From an uncultured delta proteobacterium (GTDB taxonomy: Bacteria > Desulfobacterota > Binatia > Binatales > Binataceae): DNA of 64,000 nucleotides. The notes beneath the pieces are model-generated. The model saw nothing but the letters and a program-made list of their open reading frames with translations, was not told where the DNA came from and ran no database searches. Positions 1 through 9,710 of the stretch are shown here, in pieces. The DNA lies in NCBI GenBank assembly GCA_963850125.1, contig CAWKKB010000005.1:35807-99806 (forward strand), read 5' to 3'. Each line of letters starts with the position of its first letter. The stretch's first letter is position 1. The translations under genes were made by a program, and so were the position numbers.

Positions 1-2244
1 ATGCACGGGACGACGATGATCTTCCTGGTCGTGATGCCGCTGCTGCTTGGATTTTTTGGCAACTTTCTGATCCCGTTGCAGATCGGCGCGCGCGACGTCG
101 CGTTTCCTCGCCTAAACGCGCTCAGCTTCTGGCTGGCTCTGGTCGCGGGAATCCTGCTGCATCTCGGTTGGATCCGCGGCGGACTTCCCGACGCCGGCTG
201 GTTCGGTTACGCGAACCTGACCGAGCGCTATTTCACGCCCGGCCTCGCGATCGATTGGTGGGTGATCGGTCTGCTCGTATCGGGCACTTCGACGGTCCTC
301 ACCGGCCTGAACTTCCTGACCACGATCATATCGATGCGCGCGCCGGGCATGACGTATATGCGCATGCCGATGTTCATGTGGGCGATGCTGGTGACGTCGA
401 TCCTGATCCTGATCGCATTTCCGGCGCTCACGATCGGCCTGATCTTCTTGCTTTTCGATCGTTTCTTCGACACACACTTCTACATCGCGTCTGCCGGCGC
501 AACGCCGATCCTCTGGCAGCATTTATTCTGGCTGTTCGGCCACCCCGAGGTGTACATCATGGCGCTGCCGGCCTTCGGGATAATCTCGGAAGTCGTGCCG
601 ACGTTCTCGCGCAAACCGCTGTTCGGCTATCCGATGATGGCCTATTCGATCTGCCTGATCGCATTCCTGTCGTACGGGGTGTGGGGACATCACATGTTCG
701 CGACCGGGATGGGCCCGGTTGCGGACTCGGCGTTCGCAATAACCTCGATGCTCATTGCGATTCCTACCGGCGTAAAAGTCTTCAGCTGGATCGCGACGGT
801 CTGGGGCGGCTCGCTGCGCATGACGACCGCATTCTATTTCGCGCTCGGGATGGTGCTCGAGTTCACCATCGGCGGGCTGAGTGGAATCATGCACGCGTCG
901 GCGCCAATCGATCTCCAGCAGACCGACTCGTACTTCGTCGTCGCGCATTTTCACTACGTGCTGTTCGGCGGCGCGATGTTCGCGATCCTGTCGGCGTTCT
1001 ACTACTGGTGGCCGAAGATCAGCGGCCGCACGCTGGGAGAGACGATTGGCAAGTGGCACTTCTGGCTGACGGTCGTCGGCTTCAATCTCACTTTTTTCCC
1101 AATGCACATTGTCGGGATGTGGGGGATGCCGCGGCGCACCTACACCTACGGCGCCGACATGGGTTGGACGCACGTCAACCAGCTCGAGACAGTCGGCGCG
1201 TTCATTCTCGGCATCGCGTTCCTGCTTTTCTACATCAACATTTTCAAAAGTCTGATCAGCGGAGAGCGCGCGCCCGCTGATCCGTGGGACGGACGCAGCC
1301 TCGAATGGGCCACGTCGTCGCCGCCGCCCGCGTACAACTTCGCGACGATTCCGCAAATCCGCGGACGCGACGCGTGGTGGATTCTGAAATATGGACGCGC
1401 CGGCTCGCGCGGCGTCGCCGCCTATATGTCGGGACAGGCACCCTCGCAACCGCAGCCCAGCGAGCCGGCATCCGTCGAGCACATCCACATGCCGGCGCCT
1501 TCGATCTTCCCGCTGGTGCTGAGTCTTGGCGTCGGCATGATGGGCCTCGGACTCATCATCGACTGGTATCGCATTGTTTTCATCGGCGTGGCCGTCGTTA
1601 TCATGTCGATCATCGGGATGGGATTCGAGTATCCGGATTTCGGCGAGGAGTCGCATGATCCGGAGCACGCGCCGTCGTCGGGCGGAATCGACGTTCGCAA
1701 AATCGGCGTGTGGTCGTTCATCGGATCGGAGTGCGTGTTCTTCGCGAGCCTGATCTCGACGTTCATCGTGTACAAATCGCGCAGCGTTACCGGTCCCGGA
1801 CCCGAAATTCTGAATATCCCGCTGACCTCCTTCAGCACCTTCATCCTGCTTATGAGTTCGTTGCTGATGGTGCTGGCGCTTGCGGCCACCCAGCGCGGCG
1901 ACAAGCGCTGGGAGCGAATCTGGCTCGGCGGCACGGTCCTGTTCGGGCTGATTTTTCTCTGCGGCCAGGTTTACGAATTCACCAGCTTCTACCACGAGGG
2001 CATGGGCCTGACGACCAACCTCTTCTCGCAGTCGTTCTTTGTGCTGGTTGGATTTCACGGCGCGCACGTCGCGATCGGAGTGCTGTGGCTATCGGTGCTG
2101 CTGGTCGCCGCGATGACCGGCAAGCTCGGCCAGTCGCGCGCGCTGTCAGTCGAGCTCGCGGGACTTTACTGGCATTTCGTCGATGTCGTGTGGATCATCA
2201 TCTTTACTCTCGTCTATCTGATGCAGGCGGTGCCCGGAGCATGA
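1..2244 (+). CDS. ctaD: Cytochrome c oxidase subunit I fused to subunit III (5'-truncated by window edge)
   Basis: Heme-copper oxidase motifs HGTTMIF, GHPEVY, WGHHM, HFHY; C-terminal subunit III motifs (SECVFF, GFHGAHV, YWHFVDVVW) in the same frame. Begins at the helix II His, so the true start is upstream. Confidence 0.95.
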   Translation: MHGTTMIFLVVMPLLLGFFGNFLIPLQIGARDVAFPRLNALSFWLALVAGILLHLGWIRGGLPDAGWFGYANLTERYFTPGLAIDWWVIGLLVSGTSTVLTGLNFLTTIISMRAPGMTYMRMPMFMWAMLVTSILILIAFPALTIGLIFLLFDRFFDTHFYIASAGATPILWQHLFWLFGHPEVYIMALPAFGIISEVVPTFSRKPLFGYPMMAYSICLIAFLSYGVWGHHMFATGMGPVADSAFAITSMLIAIPTGVKVFSWIATVWGGSLRMTTAFYFALGMVLEFTIGGLSGIMHASAPIDLQQTDSYFVVAHFHYVLFGGAMFAILSAFYYWWPKISGRTLGETIGKWHFWLTVVGFNLTFFPMHIVGMWGMPRRTYTYGADMGWTHVNQLETVGAFILGIAFLLFYINIFKSLISGERAPADPWDGRSLEWATSSPPPAYNFATIPQIRGRDAWWILKYGRAGSRGVAAYMSGQAPSQPQPSEPASVEHIHMPAPSIFPLVLSLGVGMMGLGLIIDWYRIVFIGVAVVIMSIIGMGFEYPDFGEESHDPEHAPSSGGIDVRKIGVWSFIGSECVFFASLISTFIVYKSRSVTGPGPEILNIPLTSFSTFILLMSSLLMVLALAATQRGDKRWERIWLGGTVLFGLIFLCGQVYEFTSFYHEGMGLTTNLFSQSFFVLVGFHGAHVAIGVLWLSVLLVAAMTGKLGQSRALSVELAGLYWHFVDVVWIIIFTLVYLMQAVPGA

Positions 2245-2570
2245 GCGATATTGCAGACACCCACGGCGGCCAGGTTCGTCATCCCGGTGCTGCCACCTAC
2301 CTGATCATCGCGGCGTTCCTGGTCGTGTTGACGGCCATGGAGATCACCGTCTTCTACGTGCATGCGCTCCGTCCTGTGCTGGTGCCGGTGCTGATCGTGC
2401 TGGCCGCGGCCAAGTTCGCGCTGGTCGCGATGTTCTACATGCACTTGAAGTACGACGGCTGGCTGCTTACGGGAGTGTTCGTCTTCCCGTTGATGATCGC
2501 GACTGTCCTGATGGTCTCGCTAATCCTGCTGTTCGCATACCTGTCGAGACACATGATGCCGATCGGCTAG
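2241..2570 (+). CDS. ctaF: Cytochrome c oxidase subunit IV (caa3 CtaF-like)
   Basis: ATGA overlap with the preceding stop; 3 TM segments; KFALVAMFYMHLKYD motif typical of prokaryotic subunit IV. Confidence 0.85.
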   Translation: MSDIADTHGGQVRHPGAATYLIIAAFLVVLTAMEITVFYVHALRPVLVPVLIVLAAAKFALVAMFYMHLKYDGWLLTGVFVFPLMIATVLMVSLILLFAYLSRHMMPIG

Positions 2571-2586
2571 GCGCTGCTCTTTGACG

Positions 2587-3405
2587 ATGGATATCTTCGG
2601 CGAACATCCAAGCATTCCCATAGGCGTCGCGATCCTGATCGCGATTTACCTTGGCGCATGCCGTGTGACCGGCCGCCACCCGACGCGGCGTCAGGCGATG
2701 TGGTTTGCGATCGGGATGGGCGCGATCTTATTCACCCACACTGAGCTAGATGAACTTGCGGACGCGCGAATCTTCTCGATGCACATGCTGCAGCATCTGA
2801 TGCAGACCTTCGTGATCCCGCCGCTAATCCTGCTCGGGACCCCGGGCTGGATGCTGCGACCGTGGATTCTCAGCCGTCCAATCAAGGCGGTCGCCCGCCT
2901 GCTGACGACGCCGGTAGTAGCATTCCTGATTTTTTCGGCGGTGTTCGTGACCGCGCATTTTCCACCGATCTTCGACCGGATGTGCCGCGACGAGAACTTT
3001 CACATTTTTCTGCACCTGCTCTTCATGGCGTTGGGGATGCTGTTGTGGTGGCCGATCCTCAGTCCGCTCCCCGAGTTGCCGCGGCTGTCGTATCCCGCGC
3101 AAATTCTTTACCTGTTCCTGCTGATGATCCCGATGACTGCAGTCGCCGCGCCGATCACGCTCGCAACTCGTGTCATTTATCCGTGGTACACCGAGGGCGC
3201 GCACGGATGGAGTCTCAAGCCGCTCGAAGATCAGGTGCTAGGCGGCCTGATCATGTGGATTGGCCAAGGCACCTACCTGATGTTCGTCTTCACCTTCATC
3301 TTCTACCGATGGCAGCAGCACGAGGACAGTGACATTCCTGTTCTGCCGACGCCGACGACGCCAGATCTGCGCGTCGTGCGGCCGCGACGCGTCGCACACT
3401 CCTAA
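2587..3405 (+). CDS. ctaG: caa3-type cytochrome c oxidase assembly factor (CtaG family)
   Basis: FSMHMLQHL, TAHFP, HLLF and DQVLGGLIMW motifs; multi-TM; directly after the oxidase genes. Confidence 0.88.
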   Translation: MDIFGEHPSIPIGVAILIAIYLGACRVTGRHPTRRQAMWFAIGMGAILFTHTELDELADARIFSMHMLQHLMQTFVIPPLILLGTPGWMLRPWILSRPIKAVARLLTTPVVAFLIFSAVFVTAHFPPIFDRMCRDENFHIFLHLLFMALGMLLWWPILSPLPELPRLSYPAQILYLFLLMIPMTAVAAPITLATRVIYPWYTEGAHGWSLKPLEDQVLGGLIMWIGQGTYLMFVFTFIFYRWQQHEDSDIPVLPTPTTPDLRVVRPRRVAHS

Positions 3406-3425
3406 GACGGCGATACGTTCCAGTG

Positions 3426-3854
3426 TCAGTGTCTTTTCAGACTTACGTCGTATTCGAAACAGTCGCGGCCGGCGTTGTGCTTCTTGAATGAATAGTCTTG
3501 AGGATTTTGCCAGTCAGAATTACGCGCAAAGTTAGCGCATAGGGAGTAAGACCGCTGACCTTTGATTTGGTACTCAAGGGGTTGATGCGTTTCAGGGTCC
3601 TCCCAGCACGCTTGTATAGCCTGGTTTTTTTCGCTGTCGAGTGCCTTTAGGTCTGCTGGCAAAGCCTGGTGGATATTAAAGTACTTGTTGACAGCTCCTT
3701 CGGTAAGCTTCAGACCTTGTAGACGTTTCTGGTCAAGAGACCTGGCTCTGTATTCCGAGGGAGGATCGAGCCAGATGGATGTCGCCACTGCCGCAACCGC
3801 TACCAGCGCGGCGAGGATAGCTAACACTTTCCCACTGTTGGCTTGCAGACTCAT
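3426..3854 (-). CDS. Hypothetical membrane-anchored protein, pilin/pseudopilin-like
   Basis: N-terminal TM, then LP-DL..L, EDPETHQPLEY and YSLCANF; 4-bp overlap with the upstream gene; visibly lower GC. Confidence 0.6.
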   Translation of the reverse strand: MSLQANSGKVLAILAALVAVAAVATSIWLDPPSEYRARSLDQKRLQGLKLTEGAVNKYFNIHQALPADLKALDSEKNQAIQACWEDPETHQPLEYQIKGQRSYSLCANFARNSDWQNPQDYSFKKHNAGRDCFEYDVSLKRH

Positions 3855-4489
3855 TCTTTTTCTTCTTGGCGCAAGTCTAGAAGATAGTAGGCAAACCCTG
3901 AGCCGGCGATAGCTGCAACTACCAAAACCTTAAGCAGAAACCGAATCGTCAGATCGCCGCCGAGCAGATTGTAAATCAGTGTCGTGGTGTCACCTAGCAA
4001 GGTAACCGACGACAAGAACAGGGTAATATATGTGAGCCAGCGCCGCGCCGGAGAGAGTCGCTTCAGAGGATTGCGCTCGATCTCCCGGCCGATGTACCGC
4101 GCCATGAAGAGGAAGACCGGGAAAGTGATAATGACTGCGGCGGTCGACCAGCGCTGTTCATCCCAGAAGGTAGGATAATTGGGTTCGGTTGGATCGGGAA
4201 AGGCGCGATTGATAAAAGTGAATAACAAGCTCCCTAGATTCCAGGCACCGTAGTATAAGGTGCTAAACATCACGAGATAGAGAAAGGCTTCGCGCGCGGA
4301 AAGCGATGGTCGTGGCTTTGGTACTGGGACGGGAAACGACGCATCTGAATAGGTATCCAGTGCGCTGGTTATTTGAGCGCTGGTCCATCCTGCGTTCTCC
4401 AGTACTTTTGCTATGTCACTTTTTGTGCTTCCCGCCCGGAGCGCTTCTCCAACGAAAGTTTCAAGTTGTTGAAGTTGTGCTGCTGCCAT
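3851..4489 (-). CDS. DUF5671-like membrane protein
   Basis: Small N-terminal helical domain (LENAGW), then 4 TMs with FLYLVMFSTLY, RRWLTYITLF and FLLKVLVV. Confidence 0.65.
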   Translation of the reverse strand: MAAAQLQQLETFVGEALRAGSTKSDIAKVLENAGWTSAQITSALDTYSDASFPVPVPKPRPSLSAREAFLYLVMFSTLYYGAWNLGSLLFTFINRAFPDPTEPNYPTFWDEQRWSTAAVIITFPVFLFMARYIGREIERNPLKRLSPARRWLTYITLFLSSVTLLGDTTTLIYNLLGGDLTIRFLLKVLVVAAIAGSGFAYYLLDLRQEEKE

Positions 4490-4598
4490 CGAAACCTCCG
4501 ATCAGGTATTCGCCTTAGCCGGGACTTCCTTATTGTTCCGAATCACAGTCGCACGCACACAAAAGGTTTACAAACGCAACGCTCGTCGTCACCCGCAG

Positions 4599-5231
4599 CT
4601 ACGATAGCTTTGATGAGGGTTTCGCGATCAGCGCACCCATGAACGCGGGATCATCGAACAGCTTTGCGACCCCCTTCTGGAGCGCCCCGCTGAGTGAATC
4701 ACCGAAATCCTTGGACACACTGCCGAAGACAGTGGGATGGATCGTATCCGTCACGTCGAAGCTCTGCGAGTAGACGATCACCTTGCCGGGGCGCTCGACC
4801 TCGACGTGCATGATCAACTCAGCGGTGTAACTGGAGTAGAAGAGCGAGCTGAAAAAGTGACCGTTGAGCCTGAGAATTTGAACGCGCACTATTGAACTCG
4901 CCGATCCATTGTCGATAACAAATCCGCGCGCCTTCAATTCCGATCGCACCGCGTCGCGAGCGGTCTCGCCGACATCGTCGCTGGTAACGACGGTTTGCTG
5001 GTCGTACTGACCGACCGTATTCGTGTTCGCCCGCTGATCTTCTCCGACGACAGACACGTGAACTGAAGCCGCCCCTGGAACCGGCGTAACTTTCGATGCG
5101 GGCTGGTAAGTGATCGGCACCGACATCGGGCTCAGCAAACAGCCGCCGACGGTGATGCTCATCAGCAGTACCAGCAAAGTTAAAATCCGAGCGAAGTACG
5201 TCGGCACCATGAATTTACGGCTACTCTGCAC
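4599..5231 (-). CDS. YajG-like lipoprotein
   Basis: Lipobox-like ITVGGC; DQR and ELKARGF motifs; alpha/beta pattern. Confidence 0.6.
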   Translation of the reverse strand: MQSSRKFMVPTYFARILTLLVLLMSITVGGCLLSPMSVPITYQPASKVTPVPGAASVHVSVVGEDQRANTNTVGQYDQQTVVTSDDVGETARDAVRSELKARGFVIDNGSASSIVRVQILRLNGHFFSSLFYSSYTAELIMHVEVERPGKVIVYSQSFDVTDTIHPTVFGSVSKDFGDSLSGALQKGVAKLFDDPAFMGALIAKPSSKLS

Positions 5232-5398
5232 TGTTTCCGAAGTCTAACCGCTCACGAATGCGACGGCGAACTACGCCAGCGTTGGTGAGGCTGGGCGACC
5301 GGTGATCACGATGCTTGCCGGGTGCCGATCCAGTGCGTTACTAGTCTAAGCAGGAACAAGGCTATACCGGCTCTCTGGCCGGGCGCGTGGCGAGGAAG

Positions 5399-6439
5399 AT
5401 GGAACACTCGAGGACGCGGATCATTATCGACGGAGCGATCGCCGGCATCATCGGCGCCGTCGTCGTCGCTGTCTGGTTCCTGATCTTCGATCTTATTCGC
5501 GGCCACGCACTGGAAACCCCGGCGTTGCTGGCCGCCACGATTCTGCACGGCTCGCACAGCCACGAGGTTCATCACGGCCTGGCGCTATTGGCGCTCGAAT
5601 ACTCGCTGATCCATTTCGGCGCGTTCATTACCTTTGGAATCGCCGGCGGGTTGCTGCTCGAGGCCTGCGAGACTGAATCGTCGCTGCTGTTTTCGCTGGT
5701 AATTTTTTTCGTCGCGTTCGAGGTTTTCTTCATCGCAGTCGTGCTGTTCCTCGGGCCGAACGTGATGGTCGAGCTGACCTGGTGGGGCATCATCGTCGGC
5801 AACCTGCTCGCCACCGCCGCGATGCTCTCGTATTTCTTCTGGCGGCACCCGGCGCTCGCGTTCAATTTGCTTGGTGGCTGGATCTCGATTGCGCGCGAAG
5901 GTATTACCGCCGGGCTCGTCGGCGGCATCGTCGTCTCGCTCTGGTTCATGTGCTACGACCTCGCGTCGGGCAATTCGTTTCACACTCCGGCGATTCTGGG
6001 CGCGATGGTTTTCCAAAACGCAACCGTGAGCGACGGTATCCAGGCCACGCTGCCTCTCGTGCTGGGCTATTCGATCTTGCATTTCTTCGCGTTTGTCATG
6101 TTCGGGCTGGCGCTGGCGGTTTTGCTCGCGGCATCGGAGTGGGAACCGTTCATGGTGCTCGGCGCGCTGTTGCTGCTGGCAGTGTTCGAGGTTTTCTTTG
6201 TCGGATTCATTTCGTTAATTGATCAGTCAGCGCTCGAAGCCCTTGGATGGTGGAAAATCGTCGCCGGAAATATCCTCGCGCTGATCGCGATGGCGACCTA
6301 TTTCATCCGCAGCCATCGCGGACTCGGCGTCAAGCTGGTCGAGCGATGGGCGATGCTCGATCACGAGGGCGCAGAGATGGGCGAACCTCCGCATCACCCG
6401 CCACACGACCACGAACCAACTCATCCGTCACATCTTTAG
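5399..6439 (+). CDS. Integral membrane protein with internal duplication and His-rich tail
   Basis: GAGGA RBS before ATG 5399; two homologous halves (GAIAGIIG..WFLIFD..TPALL / GITAGLVG..WFMCYD..TPAILG). Confidence 0.8.
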   Translation: MEHSRTRIIIDGAIAGIIGAVVVAVWFLIFDLIRGHALETPALLAATILHGSHSHEVHHGLALLALEYSLIHFGAFITFGIAGGLLLEACETESSLLFSLVIFFVAFEVFFIAVVLFLGPNVMVELTWWGIIVGNLLATAAMLSYFFWRHPALAFNLLGGWISIAREGITAGLVGGIVVSLWFMCYDLASGNSFHTPAILGAMVFQNATVSDGIQATLPLVLGYSILHFFAFVMFGLALAVLLAASEWEPFMVLGALLLLAVFEVFFVGFISLIDQSALEALGWWKIVAGNILALIAMATYFIRSHRGLGVKLVERWAMLDHEGAEMGEPPHHPPHDHEPTHPSHL

Positions 6440-6635
6440 AGCGTCTCCTGACCGAATTTAGAGTGTCTCCTGACGGAAGCGAGCAACGCGAGCCTCACCC
6501 GTCGTCCTGACCCAAGCGAGCAACGCGAGCGCCCGCACTCATCGTGGCGAGGGACGGCGTTTTTTTGTGTCATTCTGACGATGCGAGCAACTCCGCTCGC
6601 GTTGCTCGCATCGTCAGAATGACACAAAAAAAGGA
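6435..6635. repeat. REP-like cluster: degenerate direct repeats plus a 32-bp perfect inverted repeat (6560-6591 / 6601-6632)
   Basis: TTTTTTTGTGTCATTCTGACGATGCGAGCAAC-9nt-GTTGCTCGCATCGTCAGAATGACACAAAAAAA; AAGCGAGCAACGCGAGC twice; lies between convergent genes. Confidence 0.85.
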
Positions 6636-6656
6636 AGGGGAACCGGATAAAGAAAC

Positions 6657-7454
6657 TTAAATTCCGAGGACGTCGCGCATCGTGTACAGACCGGGCTTGC
6701 GGCTTTCCACCCAGCCCGCGGCGCGGAGCGCGCCCCGCGCGAGCGAGTCGCGGCTCTGTGCGCGATGTGTCAGCTCGAGGCGCTCGCCCTGTCCGCCGAA
6801 AATCACGGTATGGTCGCCGACCGCGTCGCCTGCACGTATCGCAAGCACCGCAATCTTGCCGTCGGGCCTGACTCCCGTGATTCCTTCGCGGCCGTAAATC
6901 GCATTCGAGGCGAAGTCCGCGCCGCGCGCCGATGCGATCGCCTTGCCAAGCGACAGAGCGGTGCCGCTGGGGGCGTCGATTTTTGTGCGATGATGAATCT
7001 CGAGAACTTCGGCGTCGAAGTCGGGAAGAATCGCGGCAACCTCGGCAACAATCTTGGCGAGCACGTTGACCCCGATACTCATGTTGGGCGCGATAACAGT
7101 ACGCGTCTTCTGCGCGAGCTCGCGCGCGCGGGTTTCCATCTCGGGCGTGAAGCCGGTCGATCCGATCACAATTGCGGCGCCCGCTTTCGACGCGACTTCG
7201 AGATGCTCCATCGAGGCCGGGGCCGTCGTGAAATCCAGCGTGACGGTTTCGGGCTTTGCGAGCAACGCATAGTCATCGGTGATTTTCACACCGAGCTTTC
7301 CGACGCCGGCTAGCTCGCCCGCGTCGGAGCCGATCGCGCTGTTGCCGTGCGCTTCGAGCGCGCCGACGATTTTGTGCGCGGGATCGCGCGACCCGAGCGC
7401 TACCAGCAGACGACCCATCCGGCCCCCTGCTCCAGCCACGATTAGATTAGCCAT
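6657..7454 (-). CDS. dapB: 4-hydroxy-tetrahydrodipicolinate reductase
   Basis: GAGGRMG, DFT, GSTG, APNMSIG, EIHHRTKIDAPSGTA, RAGDAVGDH. Confidence 0.97.
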   Translation of the reverse strand: MANLIVAGAGGRMGRLLVALGSRDPAHKIVGALEAHGNSAIGSDAGELAGVGKLGVKITDDYALLAKPETVTLDFTTAPASMEHLEVASKAGAAIVIGSTGFTPEMETRARELAQKTRTVIAPNMSIGVNVLAKIVAEVAAILPDFDAEVLEIHHRTKIDAPSGTALSLGKAIASARGADFASNAIYGREGITGVRPDGKIAVLAIRAGDAVGDHTVIFGGQGERLELTHRAQSRDSLARGALRAAGWVESRKPGLYTMRDVLGI

Positions 7455-7518
7455 CGGAGATCACTTTTTTTACGCTGCCCGCACGACGCGAGCGCGATGC
7501 TGAACGCTGTCCGCAGTA

Positions 7519-7788
7519 TCAGGCTGCTGGTGCTTCTGCCGGCGCCGCTTCGGCTGCGGGCGCGGCCGCTGCTGCATCTGCCGCCTTGCCATGCTTCGCC
7601 TTGAAATGTTCGTCGCACAGGCTCGAGGTGCCGTGGCGATGCTTGCGGCATTTCTCGAAGGTGCAGGTTTTGAAACGCGCCTTGGGCATCTCGCCCGCCT
7701 TCCAGAGCCGAAAATGCTGGCGGCAATAGCCCTTGCCGACCGCCTCGCGCGCGCAATCTTTCGCTTTACAATTTCCTTTAGTGGTCAT
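7519..7788 (-). CDS. Small basic protein with two C-x4-C-x9/10-C-x2-H zinc-finger-like motifs and an Ala/Pro/Glu tail
   Basis: CKAKDCAREAVGKGYCRQH and CTFEKCRKHRHGTSSLCDEH; AGGAG RBS. Confidence 0.75.
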   Translation of the reverse strand: MTTKGNCKAKDCAREAVGKGYCRQHFRLWKAGEMPKARFKTCTFEKCRKHRHGTSSLCDEHFKAKHGKAADAAAAAPAAEAAPAEAPAA

Positions 7789-7907
7789 GAATCCCTTCTA
7801 GGAGGCCGCTTTCCCGGCGCAGTCGTCGAAAATTGCGGCTGAGCAATCAATCTACAATAGTGTTTGGCGCAGATGCTTCATAGGGCCCAGAAATTTTCCA
7901 CAGTGTC

Positions 7908-8190
7908 TTAATTTCCGTAATCTGCTTTTTCTCTCCGTTCCATCCACAAAGCAATCACCGTTCCTACCAGCGCCCAACCCACGATCGGAGCAATCAAATA
8001 AAGATCGTTCCATCGCTGTGGGAGAGTGGGAAGAAGGCGGTCCGGCCAAAACCCCAGAAAATAGATAGCCGCAAACCCCCAGTGTGTCCCGAAGTCTTTG
8101 ACCCCGGAAAAGGCAACCCCGACAAATAACGCTGCGAACTCTAGAATCGCACTCAGGAATATAGATAGGGGCACAATATAGGCTGATTTC
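7908..8190 (-). CDS. Possible small hydrophobic protein (TTG start overlapping the ispG stop)
   Basis: Hydrophobic C-terminal part of track ORF 7908..8486; TTGA overlap with ispG; low GC; no recognisable family. Confidence 0.35.
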
Positions 8191-9343
8191 AAGTAGCAGC
8201 CACTGCGGAGCGCTCTGCGATTAGCCGATCCAATTCGGCGCGCAGCTTCGGGAGCACCTCTTCGTAGCCGAAGTAGCCCAGCTTGCGATCCTTCTTCTTG
8301 AGATTCACGGTCGTCGGACCGCACCACAAGCCGAGGTCGGCGTCGTCGGTCTCGCCCGGCCCGTTCACGCGGCATCCCATGATCGCAATCGTGATCTTGT
8401 ACTGCTCGGCGTAAACCGTGAGCTCTTTGACCTGCTGCGCCAGCTCGACGAACTTCATGTTCTCGACCCGCGAGCACGAAGGGCACGAGATGATATTCAG
8501 CCCCGCGCCGAAGTCAGGCACCGAGATGAAGCGGCCGGCGGCGACATCCTCGATAATCTTGTGGCCGACCAGAACTTCCTCGTGCTTGCGCTCGTTGGGC
8601 AGCGTGAGCGAGACGCGAATGGTGTCGCCGATACTCTGCGCGAGGAGCTTCTCGAAAGCTATCCGCGTCTTGATAATCCCGTCTGGCGGCAATCCCGCCT
8701 CGGTAACACCGAGATGTATCGGCACGTCGGGCCGGCGCTTGGAGAAGCGCCGATTCGCGTCCATCACCTTGTTGGGATCGGAATCCTTCAGCGAGACGAC
8801 GAAGCGGGTGAAGCCGAAACTGTCCATCAGATCGCAATGGTACGCGGCCGACTCGACGATCGCGGCGAGCTGATCGCCCGGGTACTTGTCCAGGAACGCC
8901 GGCGCCACCGATCCGCAGTTGACACCGATTCGAATCGCGACGTCGTTGTCGCGCGCCACGTCGACCAGCCACTTAACTTTCTGCTCGATCGTCTTCGACT
9001 TCTCGATATGGTGCAGATGCCCCGGGTTGTAGCGAATCTTGTCGACATGCGGCGCGACCCGATCCGCAATTTTGTAGTTCTCCTGCAAATCGACCGACAG
9101 CACGATGCCCTCGGTCTGCGCGCGGATTTCCTTGACCGCCGGGATTTCTTTTTCGCTGTCGATCGCGATGCGCACGATGCCAGCGCCGGCCTTCGCCAGC
9201 TGATGCGCCTGCGCCACCGTTTCATCGACATCGATAGTCCGCGTCGCGCACATCGATTGCACCACTACCGGCGCGTTGCCGCCGACCTTGGTGCCGCCAA
9301 TCGTTATCTGCCGTGTCTTTCGATCTTTTAGTGCCTGATCCAT
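8189..9343 (-). CDS. ispG: (E)-4-hydroxy-3-methylbut-2-enyl-diphosphate synthase
   Basis: [53 protein letters not shown]. Confidence 0.96.
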   Translation of the reverse strand: MDQALKDRKTRQITIGGTKVGGNAPVVVQSMCATRTIDVDETVAQAHQLAKAGAGIVRIAIDSEKEIPAVKEIRAQTEGIVLSVDLQENYKIADRVAPHVDKIRYNPGHLHHIEKSKTIEQKVKWLVDVARDNDVAIRIGVNCGSVAPAFLDKYPGDQLAAIVESAAYHCDLMDSFGFTRFVVSLKDSDPNKVMDANRRFSKRRPDVPIHLGVTEAGLPPDGIIKTRIAFEKLLAQSIGDTIRVSLTLPNERKHEEVLVGHKIIEDVAAGRFISVPDFGAGLNIISCPSCSRVENMKFVELAQQVKELTVYAEQYKITIAIMGCRVNGPGETDDADLGLWCGPTTVNLKKKDRKLGYFGYEEVLPKLRAELDRLIAERSAVAAT

Positions 9344-9377
9344 TGCTACCTATGCTGCCGAATGCGCGCCGCGCTTG

Positions 9378-9710
9378 CTAGTGCTTGTGCTCGTCCGCCA
9401 CCGCCATCGCGATCGCACCGTGACTGAACGCCGCTCCCGCACGCATCGCCGCCGCGACCCAGACGGCCTCCGCGATTTCCTGATCGGTGCATCCTTTCTC
9501 TTTGGCGCGGGTGACGTGCGCCTCGATACACCACGGGCATTGCGTCACATGCGCAGCCGTAATCGCCATCAGCTCTTTGGTTTTGCTCGGAATCGCGCCG
9601 TCCTTGAAAACTTCCTTGTCGAAATCCATGAAGCCCTTGAAGGCGTCGGGCGCGTTCTGGCGCAGGTTGCGGAGATACTTCGAAGTTTCCTTGCCATAAA
9701 AATCTGCCAT
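9378..9710 (-). CDS. Carboxymuconolactone decarboxylase / AhpD-like protein
   Basis: KTKELMAI..QCPWCIEAH..A...G....EIAEA. Confidence 0.9.
   Translation of the reverse strand: MADFYGKETSKYLRNLRQNAPDAFKGFMDFDKEVFKDGAIPSKTKELMAITAAHVTQCPWCIEAHVTRAKEKGCTDQEIAEAVWVAAAMRAGAAFSHGAIAMAVADEHKH

Noticed and set aside
6435-6635. CRISPR array
   Set aside because: Only two or three degenerate units, no regular unique spacers, no cas genes
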